A stretch of DNA of 64,000 bases, taken from contig CM082584.2 of assembly GCA_040954595.2 (NCBI GenBank), positions 11,560,552-11,624,551 of the forward strand, read 5' to 3'. Of the stretch, positions 39,201-51,492 are shown one piece after another. The position numbers and the translations under genes were made by a program. Each line of letters begins with the position of its first letter. Within the stretch, counting starts at the first letter, position 1. Below the pieces are notes generated by a model. The model had not been told where the DNA came from. It made no database searches and saw nothing but the letters and a program-made list of their open reading frames with translations. Source of the DNA: Balanoglossus misakiensis. Lineage: Eukaryota; Animalia; Hemichordata.

Positions 39201-42200
39201 TATCACCACATATCAGAAATGGAAGAAACACGCTTAGCCTAACAAAATAGCCCAAAAGTTTGTTGGTGGCCCTTTAACTATGCTTGCATGGACTGTTTCT
39301 GTTAATAGTTCATTCAGCGCAGATAAAACCCTCGCAATTATACTGTCATTAACAACAATCACGCCCTGGTACCTATTCTGTAGTCATACCCCCAGTGACC
39401 TCAGTTGCACCTGATGTTGCTCACGTTTTTTCATTCACTCATGCAAGATTCATCACGGAGAGGCTGTCCCTGCTGAAAACTTAATGAACATGTTTTTTTG
39501 ATGGTTCCCTGTGAACCTGTTCCCGAGGTCTGACATCTGAGCACAAAATACTGAGTCACATGCTACAGAAGGCAGATGTGCTTGAAAGTCACATGGCACC
39601 CATGCGAGCAGTACACACATTTCGGCAAAGGCGTGTGGAGCATGATTGAAGGTTATGACTGCTTGATGTGATACACACTGTGACATTCAACTTGTGTGGC
39701 CGCTTTGACAGAGTGATGAATATTATGGAAATTCATCATTTATGAACAAAAACGCTACACTGGCACACTGCCAACCAATGACAGTCTCACTTATATACCA
39801 CCTCTGCAATTTATTGATAGAACTTGGAATGGTAATTATTTTCAAGTCCAATTATCATTTAGGACAAAGAATGCAAGCAGTATGCTGACCTAATTCACTG
39901 CGCCCCTATTTTTGTATTATGTGTTTCTAAATTGAAACTACACCAAAGAATAGTGATGAGTTTATTTTGTTATTTTTTCTCATCCACGAAATCCATTAAC
40001 ACAACCTTAATCTATCCTGGAAAGTTTTGTCGGCAAAAATATGAATGGCGTGTCGTGGTACGACTGTCAGTGTTGCAATTGTGAAGGTTTACCCGTCATT
40101 GTCAGGCAGAAAGGATGGGTTTTCTGGTCTGAAATCATTACATGTCTAAGTAAGTTGTCAAATCATACACCATTAATGCACATTGCATTAAACTGAAACA
40201 AAAATTGCTTTAACAGCAATATGACATGATTATTTCTGGAGTTACTGACTGGAGAACTAAATGTAAACGCACACGCAGCACCCATCATTGCAGCAGTTTG
40301 ACACGTTTTTTTATTTCAATACCATCTGAGCATGATTAATATCTGTGCAACCAGGCCATTGGTGATGTGCATCTATGATTCATGATGGTTTGGGCAGAAA
40401 AATAAACTCTGTTTTACCTCATCTCGTGCAGCTAAGCCTTTTTGGGCAAAGGGAAACTTTACACTTTCAAGGAATTTGATGAGAGAACACTGATACACAA
40501 CTCATGTTTCTTAGAAGTGACACTTGCAGATTTCTGTATAAGACAGTTCAGTTTGAAACAGATAATAAGCTCATTAAAGAATTGCTTCTTTTTCATAAGC
40601 CTCCTCCGAGAGACAAATAAATATTAAATAACCCGTTTTTTTTAAAAACTGGCTCAAACTTTTTGAATCTCAGAGACAGAGGAAATCTAAGTCAATGTTG
40701 TAAATGTTATTCACACAAACACACACACACATATTGTCATGTGCATTATCCTTCCCATCAATAATTTGTGTATCCTTTTTTTACTGTAATTTTCTCTTCT
40801 TCAAATTTTGAGTAAGCAGCATATAAAAAAATGTGGGCTTACCCAATGTGGGCTTACAATTTATGAGAGAGGAAGTGGAATATATGGGGTGTGTTTCCTT
40901 GGGAAGTGACAAAAGCTGTCTGTGGCACACAGCAGTGTTAATGGCTTGCCCGCGCTATGTCATCAAAAGTACATATTCAAATGTAAACCTTGGCATTTTC
41001 ATGTTTGCTCGGTTCGTATAGTCTGATTAACAGGAGCTTTTTACAGACACGACACTTTGGGCAGATCCGAGCATGTACAGACTGAAATTGTCTCATTCTC
41101 ACTCTGCATGTCATCTAAACAGTGATCTGTCAGAGTTCGTTTCAAATTATATATATTGTTAGGGGTACTACTACCCAGGGACATTTCAACCACTAAAAGT
41201 TAATTCCTGTTTTCTTCCTTCTGCATCTAGACTCGATTTCTCAGTCAATAAACACAACCAAGTCACCATACTGGATAAGAAACTGTTTCAGGGACTCAAA
41301 GATGGGGAATCACTCCGGGGGAAAATTTGATTTTTTTTTCACAAATCATCAGAAAAAAAAATGTTTGCGGGTGTCACTGCTTTGTATTGTTACCGCAGTG
41401 TACAATGCAGCGTCGTAAATCGATGAACATATTATATATTAATATGATCATTTCCAAATCACCATGTTTTTTCATATATTTTTTATGACCGCCATAAACA
41501 CCTGATGCTGAACTACATTACACACTGTAGCAATACATCACTACAGCACACATCACGATTTCACAAAGAAGCAAACCGTTCACAGATCTGTCACTGCAAC
41601 ACCTGGCTGGAGTTTGAAGAGGGTGATGCTTGATAATCAGGTTAAGCCAGCCTCCGCGTTTCGTGATGACAATATGAGGGTGTTGGACATCCCAGTGGAG
41701 AGATTACACCATTTACCGGGGCTCTTTCATATTAACAGACAGCCAAGTGATCGCTGCGGTAATCCAGTGTTTTGACAGTCCAGTGGTCTCTCCTGTTTCA
41801 CTTTGTTTGCCCACAGAATCCACTGGGGAGAGACTCTTGTTTGCCCCTATAATAAGTCTAATGATAGTGTTTATGCGGGAGAGGTGTCACCGGCTAACAA
41901 GCCACTTAATTCCCTCATTAGACTAACCCCCCATGACTTGTTGCTATAGAAAGGCAGGAAAGCATTCCGCTGTTGATCTGCGTGGAACACACACGCATTC
42001 ACTATGCAGTCTGTTTCAATCCTCAACTGGCTTTACTTTACAAAGCACAGAATATGACAGCACTCTCTCTAAAATTAAATATTCTAGAGATTATTAAAGA
42101 CACTAACGACAAATCTCTGTGGACTGGAATTTTCCTATAAAAGCATCAAAAATATCTTGAAAACCACCTGTTGGTCTAATTCTTTGGACCTTGTCAGTAC

Positions 42201-45200
42201 ACGCTTACATCACACAGCCCTTGAGACAATGCATCATTGATATCTGTCCCCTCATTGCACTGCATTAGTACCAGCATACATTACACTCGTACGTAATCAC
42301 ATCTATTTTTCAAATGATTTCAATTTAATAATTAAGATCTGACATATTAAGAGCTCCTCCTGTTATCTGCTTCCACTTCAGTGATTGACTGATTGAATTA
42401 TCAAGCCGATGCCACTCTGTCACTGTATCTCTACAGTATACTTCAGTCAAATATAAAAGAGTCATTTTTCCCCCACGAATATTTGGCTTTCATCGATACT
42501 GCAGGAAACTGAGACTTTCCACCTGGCGCAGAACAGTTGTCTAATGTCGATTTGACAATGCTCACACACACGCACACACACATACACACATATACCACTG
42601 TGTATATTGTCCTCCATTGCAACCTCTCCATTCTATTGGCTACTTTTTCTCACACCTGGTTGCATGAATTTGATTGGCTGGCTGGCGTATGATTGACACA
42701 TGACCCACCTGTAATTACCCAGGTAGACCCCATCTGGGTTGAGCATGGGAATAATCTTGAAGACAACATGTTCTCGTAGAACTTTAGCAATGGGGTGATT
42801 GCTAACTAGAAAGTCTATCATACCTGTGTGTGAAAACATACAAGAAAACACAAATTAATTTGTTACTGTTTATAATAGATAAAATTATACTAGTAATACA
42901 ATCAAAACTATCTTGTAATCATAAATACTTGCTGACATCTCTCATACTGTACATACACACACAAACTTTCGTGGAAAACATCCTCTGTTTTAGAGGGGGG
43001 AGGTTAGTGGGAGGAATGAGGTGCCCAGGTCAGAGCATAGATTCCCCTCATCCCCTATACAATTACCAGAATGTGAGTATGGGCATGTTTACAATTTGAG
43101 CAGTTATCTCCATAAAGAGCAGTACTGTAATATGTAGATATGAACTGAAATTAAATAAAATAAAAGAAAGAAAACAAGGCACATGAAAATTACAGACCAG
43201 CAACAAAGGAATTATCTGAGCAAATGAGGTTGTTGGCGAGTACTGAAATAGAACACCTGATCTCTTCATTCAGATTCATAATAAGTACTTAGAGCTACAG
43301 TAGCTGCAGGTCAGGGCTACCGTGACTGACATTTTAATACAGTACATTAATTCTCAAACCACCTAAAGCATGAATGGCTAGGCTGTTTTGAAACACCCTG
43401 CTCATCATTACTTCTCTTTGTTGTTTACACACATTGTTACCTGTCTTCTTTGTGAGTGAAACGTAGAGGAATCAATATCTCATCATTGTAAACGTTGTGA
43501 TGGTTTTAGCTCTTCACAACGCAATGTGCTTCTAAAGTGTACAGATGTCACAGCTCTATTGCAAACAGATTAACCATTTTCACAACAAGAATTTGGTTTA
43601 TTTCTGTTATGACAGTCATAAATGGCGAGAATGGATACTGGCCCAAAAAAGAGCAGGCATTATAACACACTGCAAATTGGCAACAGATTTTTTTATATAA
43701 AAAAAAATGTTTATCATTCTTTGCCAGATACAAGCTGATGCATAATTGTTTAATATATATAGCTATTCACATTGAAACTGACCCATTGGGGTAGTCAGAC
43801 CTATATACATGGGCATATGGGTGTGAAACGGTTGGAAGAAGATTGTGTAAAAGTGTACATTTTTTGACGGTGAGAGTGCCCTTGTTCACTGATGAGGAAC
43901 CGCGACACGCTTTTCTCGTAACTGTATCAAATTAATCTTTTGACCCGAAGCGTTCTGATGAAGTCACACTGTGAACAGTTAATTTACAAGACTGGGGTTC
44001 AGCTGAACAGTGGGTGTACGACTATTCTGGGAAAAAATTGGCGACAGTTCCTGCGAGATACATTTAAAGCTATGTCTGGATAAGACCCGTTGCTTTGGGG
44101 AGAAGAGATACACGCACACTCGGTGTCATTTGATCAGGCTTCATCTCATATTTATTTTATTGCTGATTTAACTCTTCCACGGTTCACCTCAGGAGGCTTG
44201 TTGTCTTCTCGCTGCATGCCGAGAAACCGTTGTTGCGAATCGCCCTCCCCTGCGAGACGTTGCGCACTCTCGACTTCTGTGCCGGTGAGGCTTCAATCAA
44301 GGAGGGGGGAGGGTAACCCTCTCCGGGTTCAAATATCACGTACGCATGCTGAGGTGTAAGTCAGGATAGGTCACCTTTTCACGGTTCACGTCATGCAAAT
44401 GAAGGCGACTGTCCGCGGAGATACAACCCAGTCCTCTTCAGTCACTGCAATGACTCCAGTCGGCAAAACTCACTTTCTCCCAGCACTGTTTCTCTCTCTC
44501 AGCCAGCCAGGCTGATTTGCCAATTTGCCGATCGAGGAGCAGCTGGCCATGTTCTGCCTGATTTCACAGTGGAGTATATTAACATGTCTTCACTGGCTTC
44601 TCGTTCAGTTCATTTGCGCTCCCTTGTACTCCTGCGTCCATACAAACAAACCTTGTCTCTTAAACATCCTTGGGAGTTGCCGTTTCTGCACAAAGGGCAT
44701 GAGCCCGATTTCTCCTGACTACACACATCTACCGCTCCATGCTCTGTGCTTCCTGATTTTATCACTGTTCAGCTGGAATTTGACGTATGGCCGATCAGAA
44801 AAACTTTTACATTATCTTATGGGACTCTACTAGATGCATCAGTGCTTTAATTCAATGCAGATCACATGGGGGCATCTGCCGCCTGGTCTGTCAAGGGATT
44901 TGTTGCTCATGTTTCAGAATATTTACTGTAAAATACTGTGGGGACGACAGCAAAACAGCACTTGGCTTTGAATAGAAACAAAAGCAGGCTCAGCAGACAC
45001 TTTGCTGATGTTAAGCACAATCGAACTACCTTTAGACAGAGTACCTTAACCCACATATTTTCTTCTCCTATCCTCGGTATCTCTGTCTCTGCTCTTCTCT
45101 CCAATGGATCAACTCGGAAATGAATTCCGTGTGTCAGCTGGGAAACGATACTGCATTTCTTGTTCATCGGTTCACTAGGGTATTCACGACTGACACAGTG

Positions 45201-48200
45201 CAAATGACTTCCCTGATCACTTTAAATTTAAACTACCCTTGGTTTTGTGTCACTGTCAACGCTGACATGAAATCAACAATGAAAGTTTAATCCCTCCTGG
45301 AAAACCACACTAGTTTCCTTCTGAATAAAATACATCATTTTCTTGAAGAAGTACTGTATGTGCCAATATTCCAACATTATTTTAGAGAATAATTTATGCA
45401 TGATTTGATATCAGATTAAACAGCAGCCCACACAGTGAATTACGCATAACTTGACATTATTTTTCAGACTTTTGCTCAAACATGCCCGTGACATTAAAAA
45501 AAAGACTCAAGGCAAAAAAGATACAGAATCTAGAAGGGGTCATGTACAGCCTTCGTTTGATGTTGCGAGACTTGGCATTTTGCCGATTCTTTGGGGACAG
45601 TGTGAGTTCTTTGCCGAGCTGTTCGATTTCCAAATCTTCCTGGCCAATCCACTTAACATTCATATCCTTCCCCCACATCATGCATATATTCCAGCTAACC
45701 TTTGCGGCAACGACCGAACTCAATTCACCGCTCGTCTGTTCACCCATCCTGGTAGCCAAACATTTGTCGTGCGTCGGCACGCATTGCAATGTGCCCAGTC
45801 ACCTGTGAGATTTCCTAATCCAAGTGATGGAGTCAAACTTACCCTGACAAACATACGATGCGGGCGTTTCACCTGGATGCACTCGAGCTGTCACAAATAT
45901 TACTTTCTTTGGTGTATCCGGATCTAAATTCTCTACCGATGGGAGAAAAAAAAACAGAGAAGAAATTACTGTAGTCCCAGCGTAGTAGATATGGGTCGTG
46001 AATTATTTATACGTATGATGAAATGAAGGCTGTGAAAGTTAACAGGTGATCTGTCACAGAAAAGCAATTTGCTGCTTGTTCATTTGGCTGACAGGTGGGA
46101 CAGTTATGCTGAACTTCTGAAATGAAGTCTCATGAAACTTGTGATGTCACTGCAGGTGGAATTTATACCTATGCTTCACATGTTAGACACGGATTTCATT
46201 TACAGTCAAACCTGTCTATAGTGGCCGGTCAAGTTACCTGTTACTTGTGAACATCTGCCTGATTCCAATATATCATAGGAAAAGACACATACTTTTCTGG
46301 TGCACACTTTTAACGCTTACCTGGTGAAGTGATAGTTAGGAGATCTAGTCGCCTTTGTTGCTGTAAAGATAAAACACACATTAACTTTGAAAACAGGGCA
46401 GGAAACTTGTGTAAACTTCTTTTTCTGTTGAATTTCCTCATGTGGTTGAGTGACAAATCCTGAAGGTCATGAAGATATGCCGATGACATAGTGACTCGGT
46501 ACACATACTGTGATTGGGCATCCAGGTATATACACATGTACATGTACTTACCACACTCAGACATAGAAGCTCTCTCGTAAAATAATCCACGTCGCGTTTC
46601 TCTATCGTATCAAGGTATGTCTGTAGTCTTGTGTACGAATACGGGTAACAATAACAGAACTGATAAACGTCATCTTCGCGATCGAATGCAAATGCAAACG
46701 AGAGTACGTAGTTCTTGCGATGGTCTGGACACCGATAATAGTACACATTCTTTGCAGGTATTCTTTGCCTGTTGGAAGAAAATAATAAACTTTTCAAGAG
46801 TTTCTAGGAGCTTATGAAACTATCACATAGTCTACACACAGCAACATTTTAATTTCTTTTCCAGAAATTAGCCTCCCACTACAATGCCACCATCAATATT
46901 TGAACAGTCGACTTAAGGATGAGATGCACCTCACATTTTCATTGATATCGTAGATTACATCTGAATAAAAATAATTCATATCATCAATCTTTTATCTATT
47001 GAAAGCTTAGGAATCGCTCAATGGTTTTGTGAATGTGGCCAATTATAATTTTGAGGCAGAAATGTGACATGGATATAAATGTGCCAGCATTGGGTCTTTT
47101 AACACATGAAATTAATTGGCATATATAAAACATTTGGCAAGATGAAATCATTAAATATCCATGATTGTAATAGGTTGGATGTTATTAAACTTTTTTGAAC
47201 ACGAAAAAAACAAACATGACCGATTGTGTTAGTGAATTTATAAGTGCCACTGACAAATTGAAACAAATACAGTTTATGGAAGAACAAGTTTCTGAGTATT
47301 GTTCATGGATAACAAATAACCTACCATCTCGGCCGAGTTGTCGATTTTACCAGTGGTGACATGCCTTCTCTATACAAACTTTTCGTTTTACTAAAATTGA
47401 CTATGTTGAAAATAATTCTCTGAAACAGAACAGAAATGTAAGGATGGTAAACAGAAAATATACATGTACACCATGTTTTAATTCTAAAAATGCACTTTTC
47501 CACACATACCACACATCTGTATGAATTATTAATTTTTGACAGCAAAAATGTTATATTACAAAGAATTAGATAACTGTTGCTGGTATGGTCAGAAGTTATC
47601 AGCGTTGAAGGTAACTACTGGTGATGTGGCTAGACCAGTTGACCGGTCAACTGATTAGATAAAAGGTAACATTGTTACCTGTTTCAATGAACTTTGACCT
47701 ATGTCCTCAAAGTATTGACATGCGTAACATGTGCCCACACAATAAATAGAGCTGTCTATGATCCAAGACAAGGGTTAATCAAATAGGCCTTTGATAAAGA
47801 CTAGGGATAAAACTGGTAGCAGTATCTTTACTCCCTCAAGCCTCTCACATGCCCATAGCAGGTGGAATTAAAATTACAATGCTCAACAGCAACACAAAGA
47901 AACACTGTTTCCATTAATAATGGGTGATGACAATTGCATGTGACATTGTTGCAAATTAGAAACTTTTTGAAAGGTATGACACACTGTTGCAAGTAAAGTC
48001 TGGAGTCATATGGCTACTTTTATACAATGCTAGAGTATCTGGGTTAACATGTTCTTGTTAACTCTGGAAAATGTCTGGATGTCAGATTTCAGACTGGGAT
48101 CTCTGAAATCAAATTCACAAATTCTATATTTCATCAAATGGATATAGTGAAAAAAGTGAATTTCTGATCAAGCTGTAAGTTGACCCTTTCAGGTATTGTA

Positions 48201-50329
48201 TCTATATACATGTATATATATATTGGTGAAATTCTGTATCTATTGAATTTCTTTATGGAGCCACTACCTATATTTATTCTTTTACGCCTGCTTCACTACA
48301 GTCCTGGCTTGTTTTACTATTCTCTATTTCAGGACTAATGTGATGACTATCAAATGACAATTTTGGGCCTCAGATAAAAAATTCATAAATAACCGCATGA
48401 TTTCCTCATATCCAGAAGTGAGCATTTGGAACGATGCCTGCAATACTGGCGTCAAAGAAGCTTACAGAAGCCCTTTGTATATCACCTTCAAATATATCCT
48501 ATTCATTATGATAGCTTTATGATAAAAAAAGACGAGACAAACTTTTCAAGTTATTACTATACTGTGATAGGAGTGTTTCTTCCGGAGAGGGCTTGGGATT
48601 GCTGGCACCAGCGAAAGGTAAATCTTGCTAAATGATAAATGCTGTCTTACACATGTTTTGAGGCAGTTTTTTGTTACCAGCACTTGTTGATTTCATGGTT
48701 TACCACAACATACGCAGGTAAGAACCCTGAGTCTAAGCCCTTTATGGCGTAGCTGTGGAAAGTAGCTTAAAGTTTACCAGTACATACAACAATGGAGATA
48801 ACACTGGCAGGATCACAAAAGCTATACCAGAAGTGTCTTCCCCAGTAATATAATGTGTGATAGTCACATCTGTCATCTTTCTGCAAATTTTTACAGCAAA
48901 CTGAAACACTCATTGCCTTGATTAGTTCTGTGAAACCACACAGTGTTCACATATGACATTTCTACATTGCAGTACACACAATAGCATTTGAAAAAACAAA
49001 GGCAACATATGAGGGTGTATGACTTTGTATTGTCCTTTTCGGAAAATGACTTTGTCTGACAAAAACAAACATGGCTTTAACTGCAGAAGATTACAATTGT
49101 ATCCTCAACTGAATTCACCCAGACATGTGCTAAGGCTAGGTCTCAATAATAAATGACCAAACTCTACCTGGTCTGCTCTGACATTTTCCACGGTGAAATT
49201 AAACCACACTCTAAATCGGGGATTACATGTATCTGGTCGAATAAATAAATCATACTCGTATTCTGTGATGTAGTCAACTCTGCCCAGGTTACCTAGGTAA
49301 CAAGAAAAAAGAAACAAACACAATGTACGATGAACCAAAAAAAAGCAATCATCAGACATTTCACATATTGACTTTCCACATCTGTCCAGATTATGCTTTT
49401 AGTTTTTTTGTGAGATGAAACAATAACTTTCAATAAAAAACATCAAAGTATCAAGTTCTTGCACAGTTTTAATAACTGGAAAAATGCATATACCAATCAT
49501 TTCAACTTACCACATTCAAAACAAGCATCAAAAACTAGGTGGCCCTTCTTGGGCCTACCACTATATCCAGGAGGTACGACAGCAAATTTGTTGACATTTC
49601 CTACAACTCCTTCATCACTTCCATCATCACTTCCTGGAACCAGAAGGAGAATACAGTCCAACATTTTTACTTACAGTCAACTTAAATATTTTGTCCTAAT
49701 TCACTGACATTGTAAGTTTCAAACTTGAGTTATTTCCCATTCTATTATATAATCTCAAACATTTATTCATATGACTTATATAAAGTACATTTGCAGACAT
49801 GAAATTCAGAGCCTGTCTGTGTCACTAAACACTGGATGACATTATGCTTGCTCATTGTTTTCGAAAACGGATCAGCGACCTCACTGGACATATGCAAAAT
49901 TAGTAGACACCATTACCATGGCAACAACACCGCGTCAAATATTTGCCAGCGAGAACTCGCAACATAACAGAATTATTAGACACACCGGAGACGCTGCCTT
50001 CTAACTAACACAAAAACGCACACTACGTACGCTGTGTTACACAGTGTCTAATATTTGTAGACTAAAAAAGTGTAAGATTTACGTTCAACTGCATGTGCCG
50101 TGGACCGATTTCAACTGTTCATTTCAAGATCATAACACTATATTTCGTCTATAGAAAAAAACTGTGCTATGTGGATGAGCAGGGATCGGAATACAAATTA
50201 CAAACTGTTTCATCTGAATTTAGACTATTAATAAACAATGTGTCAAATATATAACTCGTACCGTTCAAAACAGACCCACTTAACTTGTCCCTCCACGAAC
50301 TCACCTGAGTCAATCTTCTTGTCCGCCAT
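30222..50329 (-). CDS. AGBL4: Cytosolic carboxypeptidase 6 (tubulin deglutamylase, M14D), ~500 aa
   Basis: Exons 50329-50305, 49633-49511, 49292-49168, 47419-47325, 46768-46552, 46360-46321, 45932-45843, 42823-42709, 37012-36901, 36586-36434, 36243-36081, 35855-35755, 35368-35266. Last exon uncertain (30259-30222, 35011-34965 or 32258-32239). Motifs [59 protein letters not shown] and CYTLEVS. Confidence 0.93.
33961..34080 (+). repeat. Three copies of GTGACCTGCTG
   Basis: Exact 11-mers at 33961, 34019 and 34070. Confidence 0.75.
35856..36080 (-). other. U12-type (minor spliceosome) GT-AG intron in AGBL4
   Basis: 5' splice site GTATCCTTTT; branch site TTCTTTAAC (35876-35868) immediately before ...TGAATGATGTAG; no polypyrimidine tract; splicing restores [22 protein letters not shown]. 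Confidence 0.88.
36397..36426 (+). repeat. (CA)n microsatellite
   Basis: Interrupted CA run next to an AGBL4 donor site. A similar run lies at 42563-42590. Confidence 0.8.
44170..44500. promoter_or_regulatory. CpG-rich intronic regulatory element (candidate enhancer or internal promoter)
   Basis: About 20 CpGs in ~300 nt by manual count, against CpG-poor flanks. Overlapping CRE-half/octamer CACGTCATGCAAAT (44387-44400) and a duplicated CACGGTTCAC (44178, 44380). Confidence 0.5.
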
Positions 50330-51492
50330 TTTGTATTCCCAACTATCATTGCGCTGGCTACTGTCGCGGTAACCATTGGACAAAACCACTCTACCAGACA
50401 GGGGTGTTGAAGTACCAAATTATGTCAAACATTGAGCTTGCCTTGTTTCAAGGACAGAACGATATGATAACGGTATCTTACTAACATTTTACATAAGCGC
50501 CCTCGAAACACTCTTATGTAGAGGTAAAAATATCCGAAGCGATTCATCTGACCGATTTTCATAAGTCAAACGAATATTTACGTGCCTCGCATCCTAATGT
50601 AGCGGTCTTGTCCGCGAACAGCCATGTCACTGAAAACAAAACTAATGCGATAGCAAGAGTAGTCGTGTATTATTGAAGTGGGGTCGAGTCTAGTGTTGTA
50701 TTAATTTTTTTTTTATTAAGAGTGTCCTTCTGAAGGTTCATTCTTGATCCTCAGCGTGCCAGTAAACCCCTTTCCTTTCCCGACGTAGTAACATACCCTC
50801 GACAAGCTAGCTTGCTGTGGTCTGAACACTTGCATTACGTCATGATTTGGGGTCAGACTGCCTCATCACATCAAATTCATTTATCATACTATTAATTTGA
50901 ACCATTTAACAACAACTTTTCGACGGTTTTAAAGCACAAGATGCTTCATGGTACCTCAAAAAAATATTTGTGTGCCATCCAGTTAATTCTTAACGAAATC
51001 GAGCATGCCTGTTTAAGTTAAATCAGCTCTGAATATTGCACTATTTTATTAAGCGGATGATGACTATGAGTACTAAGGCTTACATAGCTGTGTGCAATGT
51101 TCTGAGGAAGTTATTTTTGTTGTACAGTGCTCAGCACATTGTGTCCTGTTACGTTCTGTCACCTTAGAACACCACATTGACAACCGTTTTTGTTGGCACC
51201 AAAATCCTCATTTTAACCCGTTATCAGTTATTTCTAGTAAGCATTTTATAGCTACGCCGTCTTAGGCGTATTTACTATCAAAGTGTAGGGTTTTATCGGC
51301 CAAAGTTTATATACGGTCATTTCTCAGTCGACACTACGCCATCTTGTAGAGCACGTTTTGACAAATTTTTAGTGTAACCCTAAAATAGCCGCTGCCTCTG
51401 CTATTTTTTACCGCTAAAGAGCCAGCTTTAAACTTTGAAACTTTATTGCAAGAAAGCTGCCGCTTCGTTATTTGAAGAAACAAAGGAAAAAG
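50330..51492. promoter_or_regulatory. Divergent promoter region AGBL4 / ELAV, including the putative non-coding ELAV exon 1 (ends 51492)
   Basis: Head-to-head genes and CpG-rich sequence. YY1-like CGCCATCTTG at ~51337 and a strong donor AAG|GTGAGT at 51492/51493. Confidence 0.6.

Noticed and set aside
51374-51492. TAACCCTAA followed by a U-run and an A-rich stretch, superficially like a telomerase RNA template domain
   Set aside because: I could not find the complementary strands for a P2/P3 pseudoknot. The segment ends in a strong splice donor and fits ELAV non-coding exon 1. An Infernal search with metazoan telomerase RNA models would settle it.
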